Origin: Nitrospirota bacterium | Lineage (GTDB): Bacteria; Nitrospirota; Nitrospiria; 2-01-FULL-66-17 | NCBI GenBank assembly: GCA_049325335.1 | Contig: JBMOMC010000045.1 | Span: forward strand, 114,032-178,031 | Direction of reading: 5' to 3' | Length of the DNA stretch: 64,000 bases | Shown: positions 21,222 through 29,855 of the stretch, in pieces | Numbering within the stretch: position 1 is the stretch's first letter | Layout of the letters: each line of letters opens with the position of its first letter | The notes under the pieces: model-generated | Told to the model about the DNA's origin: nothing | Seen by the model: the letters and a program-made list of their open reading frames with translations, nothing else | Database searches by the model: none | Position numbers and translations under genes: made by a program

Positions 21222-22466
21222 ATGAACGCCATGGACAAGATCAAAGGGTTAAAATGCCGCGAGTGCGGCAAGCTCTACCGCCCGGACCCCCTGCACGTGT
21301 GCGAGTTCTGCTTCGGCCCGCTCGAAGTCGACTACGACTACGATGCGATCGCGAACGCGATCACCCGCGACTCCATCGCGCGGGGCCCCAATAGTCTGTG
21401 GCGCTACATCGACCTGCTGCCGGTTGAACGCGAAGCCACCGTGGGACTCCACGGCGGGATGACTCCGATGATCCGGGCGCACCGCTTGGGCCAAGCCCTG
21501 GGCCTCGACGAGTTGTATCTGAAGAACGACACGGTCAACCATCCGACGTTGTCCTTCAAGGATCGCGTGGTGGCGGTCGCGCTCACCCGCGCGCGCGAGT
21601 TCGGCTTCGACACCGTGGCCTGCGCATCCACCGGCAACCTGGCCAATTCGGTCTCCGCGCACGCCGCGCAGGCGGGGTTCCGCTGCTTTGTCTTTATTCC
21701 GTCGGATTTGGAAACCGGCAAGGTGCTCGGCAACCTGATCTATCACCCCACGGTCGTGGCGGTGGAAGGCAACTACGACGACGTGAACCGCCTGTGCAGC
21801 GAAATCGCGGGCGAATACCGCTGGGCGTTCGTCAACATCAACATTCGGCCGTATTACGCCGAGGGATCGAAAACCCTCGCGTTCGAAACCGCGGAACAAC
21901 TCGGCTGGCGCGCGCCCGACCAGGTCGTGGTGCCGATCGCCTCGGGCTCGCTGCTGACCAAAATCTGGAAGGGCCTCAAGGAATTCGAGCGCGTGGGCCT
22001 GATCTCGGGCGTACAGACCAAGGTCAACGGCGCGCAAGCCACCGGCTGCTCGCCCGTGGCCGCCGCGTTCGCGGAGGGCCGCGACTTCATTAAGCCGGTC
22101 AAACCCAAGACCCTGGCCAAATCGCTGGCCATCGGCAATCCTGCGGACGGCTTCTACGCGGTCAAAACCGCGCGCGAGACCGGCGGCATCATCACGAGCG
22201 TGACCGACGACGAGATCGTCGCGGGCATCCACCTCTTGGCCCGGACCGAAGGCGTGTTCGCGGAGACCGCGGGCGGGGTGACCATCGGCGTGCTCAAGAA
22301 ACTGGTGGAGGAAGGCAAGATCGCCAAGGACGACGTGACCGTCGCCTACATCACCGGCAACGGGCTCAAGACCCAGGAGGCCGTGGCCGGCACCTTGGGT
22401 GAAGCCGTGTATATCGAGCCCTCGCTCGAAAAATTCCAACGACGATTTCGACTGAAGGAGGCGTAA
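21222..22466 (+). CDS. thrC: Threonine synthase-like PLP enzyme with N-terminal Zn ribbon
   Basis: CRECG...CEFC, PTLSFKDR (PLP lysine), ASTGNLA, EGSKT, SLAIGNP, TGNGLK; true substrate uncertain (see findings). Confidence 0.8.
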   Translation: MNAMDKIKGLKCRECGKLYRPDPLHVCEFCFGPLEVDYDYDAIANAITRDSIARGPNSLWRYIDLLPVEREATVGLHGGMTPMIRAHRLGQALGLDELYLKNDTVNHPTLSFKDRVVAVALTRAREFGFDTVACASTGNLANSVSAHAAQAGFRCFVFIPSDLETGKVLGNLIYHPTVVAVEGNYDDVNRLCSEIAGEYRWAFVNINIRPYYAEGSKTLAFETAEQLGWRAPDQVVVPIASGSLLTKIWKGLKEFERVGLISGVQTKVNGAQATGCSPVAAAFAEGRDFIKPVKPKTLAKSLAIGNPADGFYAVKTARETGGIITSVTDDEIVAGIHLLARTEGVFAETAGGVTIGVLKKLVEEGKIAKDDVTVAYITGNGLKTQEAVAGTLGEAVYIEPSLEKFQRRFRLKEA

Positions 22467-22467
22467 G

Positions 22468-22746
22468 ATGGCGGTGACTGTTCGGATCCCGTCCCCGCTG
22501 CGCAAACTGACCGGGGGCGCAAGCGAGATCGAGGCCAAGGCCGACTCGATTGTGGACTTGATCAGCGCGCTGGAATCCACGTATCCCGGCATGCGTGAAC
22601 GCCTGTGCGACGAAACCGGCACGGTCCGCCGGTTCGTGAACATCTACGTCAACGACGAGGACATCCGGTTCCTTTCGAATCAGAGCACGCCGTTGAAAGA
22701 TGGGGACCAAGTCTCCATTGTCCCCGCTATCGCGGGAGGAGCCTGA
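22468..22746 (+). CDS. MoaD/CysO-family ubiquitin-like sulfur carrier with capped C-terminus (GG-A)
   Basis: VRIPSPLR, FVNIYVNDEDIRF, LKDGDQVSIVPAIAGGA*. Confidence 0.92.
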   Translation: MAVTVRIPSPLRKLTGGASEIEAKADSIVDLISALESTYPGMRERLCDETGTVRRFVNIYVNDEDIRFLSNQSTPLKDGDQVSIVPAIAGGA

Positions 22747-22755
22747 CCTCAGACC

Positions 22756-22995
22756 ATGGCGAGCCTCAAACTGCACATCACCTTCCCCGAGAACCGGATC
22801 AAGGACCCGATCATTTACCAGATCGGCCACGAGTTCAAAATCGTGACCAGCATCCGGCGCGCTGACGTCACCGGGAAAATCAGTTGGATGGACGTGGAGT
22901 TGACGGGCGAGGTCGCGGAGATTGAACGCGCGGTCGCGGCGCTCAAGAGCAAGGGCGTCAAAGTCGATCCCATCGAACGCAACGTCATCGAGTAA
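22756..22995 (+). CDS. Stand-alone NIL-domain protein
   Basis: 79 aa; ITFPENRIKDPIIYQIGHEFKIVTSIRRADV...ELTGEVAEIERAV, a NIL (MetN C-terminal-like) pattern. Confidence 0.8.
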   Translation: MASLKLHITFPENRIKDPIIYQIGHEFKIVTSIRRADVTGKISWMDVELTGEVAEIERAVAALKSKGVKVDPIERNVIE

Positions 22996-23005
22996 CGGAG
23001 CGCCC

Positions 23006-23827
23006 ATGTTGACCGATTCGCAAATTCAGCGGTATAGCCGACACCTGATCCTCAAAGAGGTCGGGGGCAAGGGCCAGAAGAAGATCAACGACGCCAAGGT
23101 GTTCTTGGTCGGCGCGGGCGGCTTGGGTTCGCCCTCGGCCTTGTACCTCGCGGCCGCGGGCGTGGGCACATTGGGCATCATCGACGCGGACACCGTGGAT
23201 CTCTCGAACTTGCAGCGGCAGATCCTCCACTCCACGGAGCGCGTGGGCGTGGCCAAGGTGGAGTCCGCGCGGCAAACTCTGTCCGCGCTCAATCCCGACA
23301 TCACGATCAACACGTACCAGGACCGCATTTCATCCGCCAACATCATGGACTTGATCCGCGACTACGACATCGTGCTCGACGGGTCCGACAACTTCCCCAC
23401 GCGTTTTCTCGTGAATGACGCGGTCTTCTTTCAGAAAAAGACCTTGGTCTCGGGCAGCATCTTTCGGTTCGAGGGCCAGGTCGCGGTGGTCAAAGCGCAT
23501 CAGGGCACGCCCTGCTACCGGTGCCTATACCCGGAACCGCCACCGCCCGGGCTGGTTCCCTCGTGCCAGGAAGCCGGGGTGCTTGGGGTGTTGGCCGGCA
23601 CCATCGGCATCCTGCAGGCGGCCGAGACGCTCAAGGAAATCCTGGGCGTGGGTGAATCGCTCGCCCAAGGCTTGGTGATGTACGATGCGTTGGACATGTC
23701 GTTCCGCACGCTCAAAACGCGCAAGAACCCCAACTGCGCGCTCTGCGGCCCGAACCCCACGATCACCACCCTGCTCGACTACGAGCAGTCCTGCACCCTG
23801 CCCGCGGCCGGCGCGCCGCACGCGTGA
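23006..23827 (+). CDS. MoeB/ThiF/HesA E1-like adenylyltransferase 2 (no rhodanese domain)
   Basis: MLTDSQIQRYSRH, GAGGLGS, SNLQRQ, CYRC, PSCQEAG, CALC; SD GGAG before ATG 23006. Confidence 0.93.
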   Translation: MLTDSQIQRYSRHLILKEVGGKGQKKINDAKVFLVGAGGLGSPSALYLAAAGVGTLGIIDADTVDLSNLQRQILHSTERVGVAKVESARQTLSALNPDITINTYQDRISSANIMDLIRDYDIVLDGSDNFPTRFLVNDAVFFQKKTLVSGSIFRFEGQVAVVKAHQGTPCYRCLYPEPPPPGLVPSCQEAGVLGVLAGTIGILQAAETLKEILGVGESLAQGLVMYDALDMSFRTLKTRKNPNCALCGPNPTITTLLDYEQSCTLPAAGAPHA

Positions 23828-24222
23828 AGATTCCCCGGCGTCTCGTCGCGGCGATGATCGCGCACGCCGAGGAAGCCTATCCCGAAGAGTGCTGCGGGCT
23901 GTTGGCCGGGACGGACGGCGTGCCGTCTCACGTGTATCGCGTGCACAACATCCACGACACGCCGCGCGTGTTTTTCGAAATGGCGCCCAAAGAACAGTTC
24001 TGGGCCTTCAAGAACATGCGGCACAACGGCCAAGACCTCGTGGCCATTTACCACTCCCATCCCGAAACCCCGGCCCGGCCGTCGCCAAGCGATATTCGCC
24101 TGGCCTACGACCCGGAACCCTATTACCTCCTCGTGTCCCTGCAACAGCGCGACACACCGGATCTGCGGGCGTACCGGATCGTCGACGGACGGGTTTCCGA
24201 AGAACCGGTCGAAATCGCCTGA
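23824..24222 (+). CDS. JAMM/MPN+ (M67, Mec+-like) metalloprotease
   Basis: PEECCGLL ... YHSHPETPARPSPSD = E...HxHx7SxxD JAMM motif. Confidence 0.92.
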   Translation: MKIPRRLVAAMIAHAEEAYPEECCGLLAGTDGVPSHVYRVHNIHDTPRVFFEMAPKEQFWAFKNMRHNGQDLVAIYHSHPETPARPSPSDIRLAYDPEPYYLLVSLQQRDTPDLRAYRIVDGRVSEEPVEIA

Positions 24223-24238
24223 CGCGACGTCGTCGCGT

Positions 24239-27200
24239 TCAGCCGCGTTTCGGCGCTTCGCTGAGCATCCGGGCCAGGGCAGTGACCAGGTCGGCCACGG
24301 TATTGGGCTTATAGATCACTTCACGAATGCCCAGCGTGAGAGCCTGCGCGCGCAGGTCTTCGGTGACATAGCCGGAGGTCAGCGCAATCGGCAGCTCGGG
24401 CCGTTCTCGCAACATCTGTGCGGCGACGTCCACCCCTGAAACACCCGGCATGTTCAGATCCGTGACAACCAGGTCGAAGGCCGCGGGGTCGGCATGAAAC
24501 GTCTCCAGGGCCTCGGCCGCGTCGGTGCATCCCGTGACAGAATATCCCATGCGTCCGAGCAGGCGCGTCGCCAGGTGCACCAACGCCTCTTCGTCATCGA
24601 GATACAGGATCCGTTGACCCCGACCGCGCTGCAGTTCCGACGCAACCACGCCGTGCGCCTCGGCCGCGCCTTCGACCGCCGGGAAATACAGATCAAATAC
24701 CGTGCCGATCCCCGGCGTACTCGACACCCTGATCACGCCGTCGTGGCCCTTCACGATCCCGTCCACCACGGCCAGCCCAAGCCCCGTGCCCTCGCCGACC
24801 CCTTTGGTGGTGAAAAACGGCTCGAAGATGCGATCCAGCGTCGCCTGATCCATGCCGTTGCCCGTGTCGGCCACACGCAGCCTCGTGTATCGTCCCGGAG
24901 GCACCGCGCCGTCGCGGTCCACGCCGACCACGGCCACGTCAATGGAGATGCGGCCCGTCGTGCCCGCCATGGCCTGCCAGGCATTGGTGCACAGATTCAT
25001 CAGGACTTGGTTGATCTGGGTGCGGTCGGCCAACACATTCGGCGTATCGGACGCACAGGAGGCGACCAGCTCGATACCCGACGGCAGCGTGGCTCGCAGC
25101 AGCTTCGTGGTTTCGTCCACGACCTCGCGTAGGGCCAACACGCGGCGTTCCTGCGGTTGCCGACGGCTGATGGTCAGGATCTGGTGCACCACATCGCGCG
25201 CGCGCAGCGTCGCTTTGTTGATCTCGGCCAGGCTCTGTTGCACGGGGTGATCGGGCGCTGCGTCTTGTCGCGCGAGTTCGAGGTTGCCGACGATCGCGCC
25301 CAGAATGTTGTTGAAGTCGTGCGCAATACCGCCCGCTAAGGTGCCCAAGGCTTCCATCTTCTGCGCCTGGCGCAATTGCGCCTCCAACCCCTCCCGCGCG
25401 GCCTCCGCCTCCTTGCGCGCGGTGATGTCGACCATGATGCCGCGCAGCGTCACCGGGCGATCGTTTTCGACGATCACCGTCACCAGGTCGTGGAGCCAGA
25501 CGATTCGGCCGTCCGCCGCCACCATCCGGTAATCAAACTGGTGGGCCTGCTTCAGGGTGGTGCACGAGACGCAGTACGCCACCGCCGCGTCCCGGTCGTC
25601 CGGATGAACATGGTTGGACCAAAACCCCGGCTCCTCGATCCATCGGCGAATGGGGTACCCCAACAACCGCTCGGCTTGCGCGCTGACGAACGTAAACTGA
25701 AAGGTCGTCGCGTCCGCCTCCCAGACAATACCGTCGATCGTGGTAATCAGGTCTTCGCGCCAGCGCTGGGCCGACCGCGCGGACTCCTCGGCCTCCCGAC
25801 GCGCGGTGACGTCCAGATGCGTGCCGCACGCGCGGATCGGGCGACCGTCGGCATCGCGTTCGATCACCTTGCCTTTGTCGAGCACCCAGATCCACCGACC
25901 CGACCGGTGCTGCATCCGGTGTTCGGACTCGTATCCCTCCGTGGCGCCGTCGAGGTGGGCGCGTAAGCTGACCTGAACGCGCGGCATGTCCTCCGGATGC
26001 ACGAGGGCCTCCCACGCGCGCAGGTGCGGCTCGATGTCCTCCGGCGCGTACCCCAGCATGGCGGCCCACCGTTGATTAAACGTCACCACGCCGGTCCGCA
26101 CGTTCCAGTCCCACGTGCCCAGATCAGCGCCCTGAAGGGCGAGGTCCACCCGTCGCTCGTTTTCGCGCAGGGCCGCTTCCGCGCGCTTACGGTCGGTAAT
26201 ATCCGTGATCAACCCCTCGATGCGCACGAGGTCGCCCTGATTCGAGTAAATGCCCTGCGCTTGATCCCACACCCAACGGATCTCGCCGTTGCGGTGCCCG
26301 ATCCGGTACTCGTTGCTACACGCTCGTTTAGCGGCGAGATTGGCCTGGCATTTCTCCCAGACTCCCTGCGCATCGTCCGGATGGATGAGGGCGCCCAACG
26401 ACGTCACGCGGTTGTGCAATAACTCATCGGCTCGATACCCCGTGATGGATTCGCAGCCCTCGCTGATAAAGTCCACGGTCCAATTCGCGTCGTTGCGACA
26501 GCAATACACGGCGCCGGACAGATTCTTGACGAGCGTAGCGTATGAGGCTTGTGAGGCGCGCAAGTCCTCGTCTATGCGTTTGCGTTCGGTGATGTCGATG
26601 ATCACGCCGTCCAGCCACCGCAACTCCCCGTTGACGTCAAATACCCCTTGACCTTTTTCATGGACCCACCGTTGGCTGCCGTCCGCGTGCCGGATCCGGT
26701 ACTGGATTTCATACGGTTGGCGCCGTCGCAAGCAGTCCAGGGCCACCCGTTCCACCTCCGGCCAGTCTTCGGGCTCAATGATGCTCACGTAACTGCGCAC
26801 CGCGTCGTGCACAAAGTCCGACGCAGGGTATCCCGATATCCGCAGGATCGGTTCGCTGATAAACTCGATGGTCCAATTCGGGGCGTACCCGCACCGGTAC
26901 ACCGCGCCCGGGATATTGGCCACCAACGCCTGCAACTGCGTGTCGGTGGCCCGCATGTGATCTTCCGCCTGTTTGCGATCGGTAATGTCCGCGGCAAACC
27001 CCTCCAAAAAGAGCAGGTCCCCCTCCGGACTCACGATCCCTTGCCCTTGCTCCCACACCCACTTTTCCTCCCCGGAAGCGGCGCGTATGCGATACGTCAG
27101 TTGATAGGGACGATTGGCCTGCAGGGCCTCCTGGATCGCATCCCACACCGGTCCTTGGTCATCGGGATGGATCAGTGACCCGATCTGAAGTTTCCCGTCA

Positions 27201-28273
27201 AGAAAATCAGCGGCGGGATACCCGGTGAGGGCGCGAACCCCTTCGCTCACAAAAATCGTGGTCCAGTCCTTGTCGTTCCGACAGCGATACACCGTGCCGG
27301 GCAGATTCTCGATGAGGGTCATCAGCGCGCGCTGGGTCTCGCGGAGCGAGGCCTCGGCCTGTTTGCGTTCCGTGATGTCGTGGGCGATACCCAGAATCTG
27401 CGTGGCCTGCGCGGCCTCGTCGCGGGCAAACACGGTTTCGCGGCTGTGCAGCCACCGCCACTCCCCTGCTTTGGTGCGGACCCGATACTCGATGTCCCAG
27501 ATCGCGTGATCGCGGACCTGACACCACGCCTCATGGTGGGCCGCAAGCCGCGTCAGATCGTCGGGGTGGAAGATCCGCGCCAGCAGGTCGCCGCCCAGGG
27601 CCCGGGTTTCCTCCTCGGAATACCCGTACGCGGTCAGCCAGTGGCGGTTGACGTACACGTTGCTGCGCGTGGTCAGGTCGTAGATGTACACCACGCCCGG
27701 CTCGGCATCCAGCACCTGCTGCAGAAAATAGCCCCGCGCCTGCAGCCTCAACTCCGCGTGCCGGCGCGCGGCGAGCTCATCGGCCAGCGCACGGTTGGTC
27801 TCCTGCAACTGGAGGATCTTATCCTCCAGTGTACGGATGACTACCTCGCGGTCATCCCTCGCGGTGTCCTGGTCCGTGGGCGCGCGGGCCGGCGCACCCC
27901 GCGAGGCCAGGGCCAACACGTCTTCGAGGCGGGCCAGCAACGGTTCCGGCTCGGTTGGCTTGACGATGAACGCGTCCGCGCCCAGGTCCAATGCCAACCG
28001 TTCATCGGCCGCGTCGGTGTAGGTGGCGGTATACACCACGAACGGAATCCGCCCGAGCCGCTCGTCCGCCTTCCAGTGGCGCAGCAAGGTATAGCCGTCC
28101 ATCACCGGCATCAGCAGATCGGACACGACGAGATCGGGCGCGGCCTGACGCGCCTTGACCAACGCCTCGGCGCCGTGGCGCGCCGCGTCCACCGCGTACC
28201 CGTGCCCCGTGAGCAGGGCCTCCAACAAGTACCGGGCCTCGTCCTGGTCATCCACCACCAGAATCCGCGTCAT
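24239..28273 (-). CDS. Cytoplasmic hybrid histidine kinase: REC - 6xPAS/PAC - HisKA - HATPase - REC
   Basis: N-terminal REC (ILVVDD, DLLMP, KP); six PAS units ending DIT/DVT-x-R-K/R; H-box GGIAHDFNNIL; NLCTNA, DTGNG, FEPFFTTK, GTGLGL; C-terminal REC (DLNMP); no TM segments. Confidence 0.95.
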   Translation of the reverse strand: MTRILVVDDQDEARYLLEALLTGHGYAVDAARHGAEALVKARQAAPDLVVSDLLMPVMDGYTLLRHWKADERLGRIPFVVYTATYTDAADERLALDLGADAFIVKPTEPEPLLARLEDVLALASRGAPARAPTDQDTARDDREVVIRTLEDKILQLQETNRALADELAARRHAELRLQARGYFLQQVLDAEPGVVYIYDLTTRSNVYVNRHWLTAYGYSEEETRALGGDLLARIFHPDDLTRLAAHHEAWCQVRDHAIWDIEYRVRTKAGEWRWLHSRETVFARDEAAQATQILGIAHDITERKQAEASLRETQRALMTLIENLPGTVYRCRNDKDWTTIFVSEGVRALTGYPAADFLDGKLQIGSLIHPDDQGPVWDAIQEALQANRPYQLTYRIRAASGEEKWVWEQGQGIVSPEGDLLFLEGFAADITDRKQAEDHMRATDTQLQALVANIPGAVYRCGYAPNWTIEFISEPILRISGYPASDFVHDAVRSYVSIIEPEDWPEVERVALDCLRRRQPYEIQYRIRHADGSQRWVHEKGQGVFDVNGELRWLDGVIIDITERKRIDEDLRASQASYATLVKNLSGAVYCCRNDANWTVDFISEGCESITGYRADELLHNRVTSLGALIHPDDAQGVWEKCQANLAAKRACSNEYRIGHRNGEIRWVWDQAQGIYSNQGDLVRIEGLITDITDRKRAEAALRENERRVDLALQGADLGTWDWNVRTGVVTFNQRWAAMLGYAPEDIEPHLRAWEALVHPEDMPRVQVSLRAHLDGATEGYESEHRMQHRSGRWIWVLDKGKVIERDADGRPIRACGTHLDVTARREAEESARSAQRWREDLITTIDGIVWEADATTFQFTFVSAQAERLLGYPIRRWIEEPGFWSNHVHPDDRDAAVAYCVSCTTLKQAHQFDYRMVAADGRIVWLHDLVTVIVENDRPVTLRGIMVDITARKEAEAAREGLEAQLRQAQKMEALGTLAGGIAHDFNNILGAIVGNLELARQDAAPDHPVQQSLAEINKATLRARDVVHQILTISRRQPQERRVLALREVVDETTKLLRATLPSGIELVASCASDTPNVLADRTQINQVLMNLCTNAWQAMAGTTGRISIDVAVVGVDRDGAVPPGRYTRLRVADTGNGMDQATLDRIFEPFFTTKGVGEGTGLGLAVVDGIVKGHDGVIRVSSTPGIGTVFDLYFPAVEGAAEAHGVVASELQRGRGQRILYLDDEEALVHLATRLLGRMGYSVTGCTDAAEALETFHADPAAFDLVVTDLNMPGVSGVDVAAQMLRERPELPIALTSGYVTEDLRAQALTLGIREVIYKPNTVADLVTALARMLSEAPKRG

Positions 28274-28623
28274 ACCGAACCGCCCCCGCGCACGGGAAGA
28301 TACCCCATGACGTCCGCGACGAAGGTGTCCGGGGGGGATGGGTTTTCCACATACTCGTTGCACCCGGCTGCCAACGCTTGCACCGCGCGCTCGGCCACGG
28401 CACGCGCCGCGGCTTCGGTCGGATCACCCGGAGACAACAGAGTGACGGACTTGGTCCCGATCTCGGTTCGTTGAATGGAGGCAGGCACCGGGCCCTGCTC
28501 GTCGAACAGGACGGCCCACACGATGCTGGCGTCCGCCGCCACCAGGATCACGGGCACCATGGCGCGGAGCCGCCACCATATGCGATGATCACCGCCCCGG
28601 AGCCAGAACCGCATGCGGGTCAC
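28270..28623 (-). pseudogene. Chimeric remnant: hydrophobic N-terminus fused to the C-terminal end of a receiver domain
   Basis: C-terminus QALAAGCNEYVENPSPPDTFVADVMGYL resembles the alpha4-beta5-alpha5 end of single-domain response regulators, but the DD and phospho-Asp half is absent; coupled to both neighbours. Confidence 0.5.
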
Positions 28624-29621
28624 GGCGCGATCCTCAACAACGGACGCGGGTCCACGAGTCCCGCGGGTTCGACGGGATGTTGCAGCAAGCGATGGTCGAC
28701 CATAAACGATGAAAGGCGCCGGATCGCCGCGTCCAGCGTGGGCGGCTCGCCGGCCAGCAGCGCCCGATTCTCCGTCGGACTCGGCAGCCATACGCCGCGA
28801 TAACTCATCAACACCTGATCCGCGTCCAGTACCAGCCGTTTGGCCATGACCGTGGCCGCGTCGTGTGGGGTCCGTTTGATGTCATCGAGCGCGCGGAACC
28901 AGCCCCGCAACAGCAGATCGAGTTGGCCGCGAAGCGCATCGACGCGATCGCCCCGTACGACCAGCACGTCTAAAATCTCGTCCGGGATATCGGCGCTGCT
29001 GAAGAGCTCCGTGGCGCCGGCGGCCAACAACGCGGTGCGGACCGGCTCGAAGGTGACCACGGCGTCGACGCGGCCTTCCCGGAAGGCGCGTTCGTGTTCG
29101 TCCACCGGCACCGAGACGATGTGAATATCCGCATTCGTCAATCCATGGAGTTGGAGAGCTCGAGTGAGTAGATAGGCGCCGACCGCGCTCTCTTCCACGC
29201 CCACGCGACGGCCTTTGACGTCCGACCAGGCGCGAACGCGCGGCCCGCCCAGCAACACGTCTCCGCCCCGCGACCCGTCCATCACCAACAGGACCCGCAC
29301 CGAGTGCCCTTGCGCCACCAGCACCAGAGCTTCGTCCAAGGTCAGGGCCGCGGCCTCGATCGCGCCGTTGCGATACGCGCCCAACACTTGGGAGGCGGAC
29401 GAGTACTCCACCAGCCGGATGGTTGAATCAAAATAGCCGCGGTGGCGCGCCAGGTACAGGGGCTCGTATCCGGGCCAGACATTGGTCCCGATCCGTAGCA
29501 CGGGCGGCGGCTCCGGGCGGCACCCGCCCAGCACCAACGCCGTCAGGATCAGGAGACACGCGTGGAGCCACGCGCTCTTCAGGCCGCCCGGCAATCGGGC
29601 GGTTGTTGCGGGGTGGCCCAT
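28620..29621 (-). CDS. NMT1/SsuA/TauA-like substrate-binding lipoprotein
   Basis: Lipobox LVLGGC, IGTNVWPGYEPLYLA, DGSRGGD, VDAVVTFEP; no permease or ATPase genes adjacent. Confidence 0.85.
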   Translation of the reverse strand: MGHPATTARLPGGLKSAWLHACLLILTALVLGGCRPEPPPVLRIGTNVWPGYEPLYLARHRGYFDSTIRLVEYSSASQVLGAYRNGAIEAAALTLDEALVLVAQGHSVRVLLVMDGSRGGDVLLGGPRVRAWSDVKGRRVGVEESAVGAYLLTRALQLHGLTNADIHIVSVPVDEHERAFREGRVDAVVTFEPVRTALLAAGATELFSSADIPDEILDVLVVRGDRVDALRGQLDLLLRGWFRALDDIKRTPHDAATVMAKRLVLDADQVLMSYRGVWLPSPTENRALLAGEPPTLDAAIRRLSSFMVDHRLLQHPVEPAGLVDPRPLLRIAP

Positions 29622-29855
29622 GGCAAACCCCAACAGGGTGGTTGATCCGCGGCCCGCCGCCCGACACCCCGAAGCGGCGCTCGCACTGTACCACGCCCAG
29701 CCCCGTAGGGTCGAGAGGACCTCGACCGTCCGGTGGTCTGCGTGTCGCGGAGGCGACGTCCCCGAACGGGCTGTTGACACCGAGCCCCCGATCGGCGCAA
29801 AGTAGGGCTCCAGACGGTCCGTCACGTGGTCACTCGTTCGCAGGAGGACTCACCA

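Noticed and set aside
19279..24222. Bacterial ubiquitin-conjugation anti-phage system (Bil/Bub/CBASS type II-like)
   Set aside because: Ubl, E1 and JAMM are present but there is no E2, and PLP amino-acid synthases are interleaved; host-like codon usage points to metabolism
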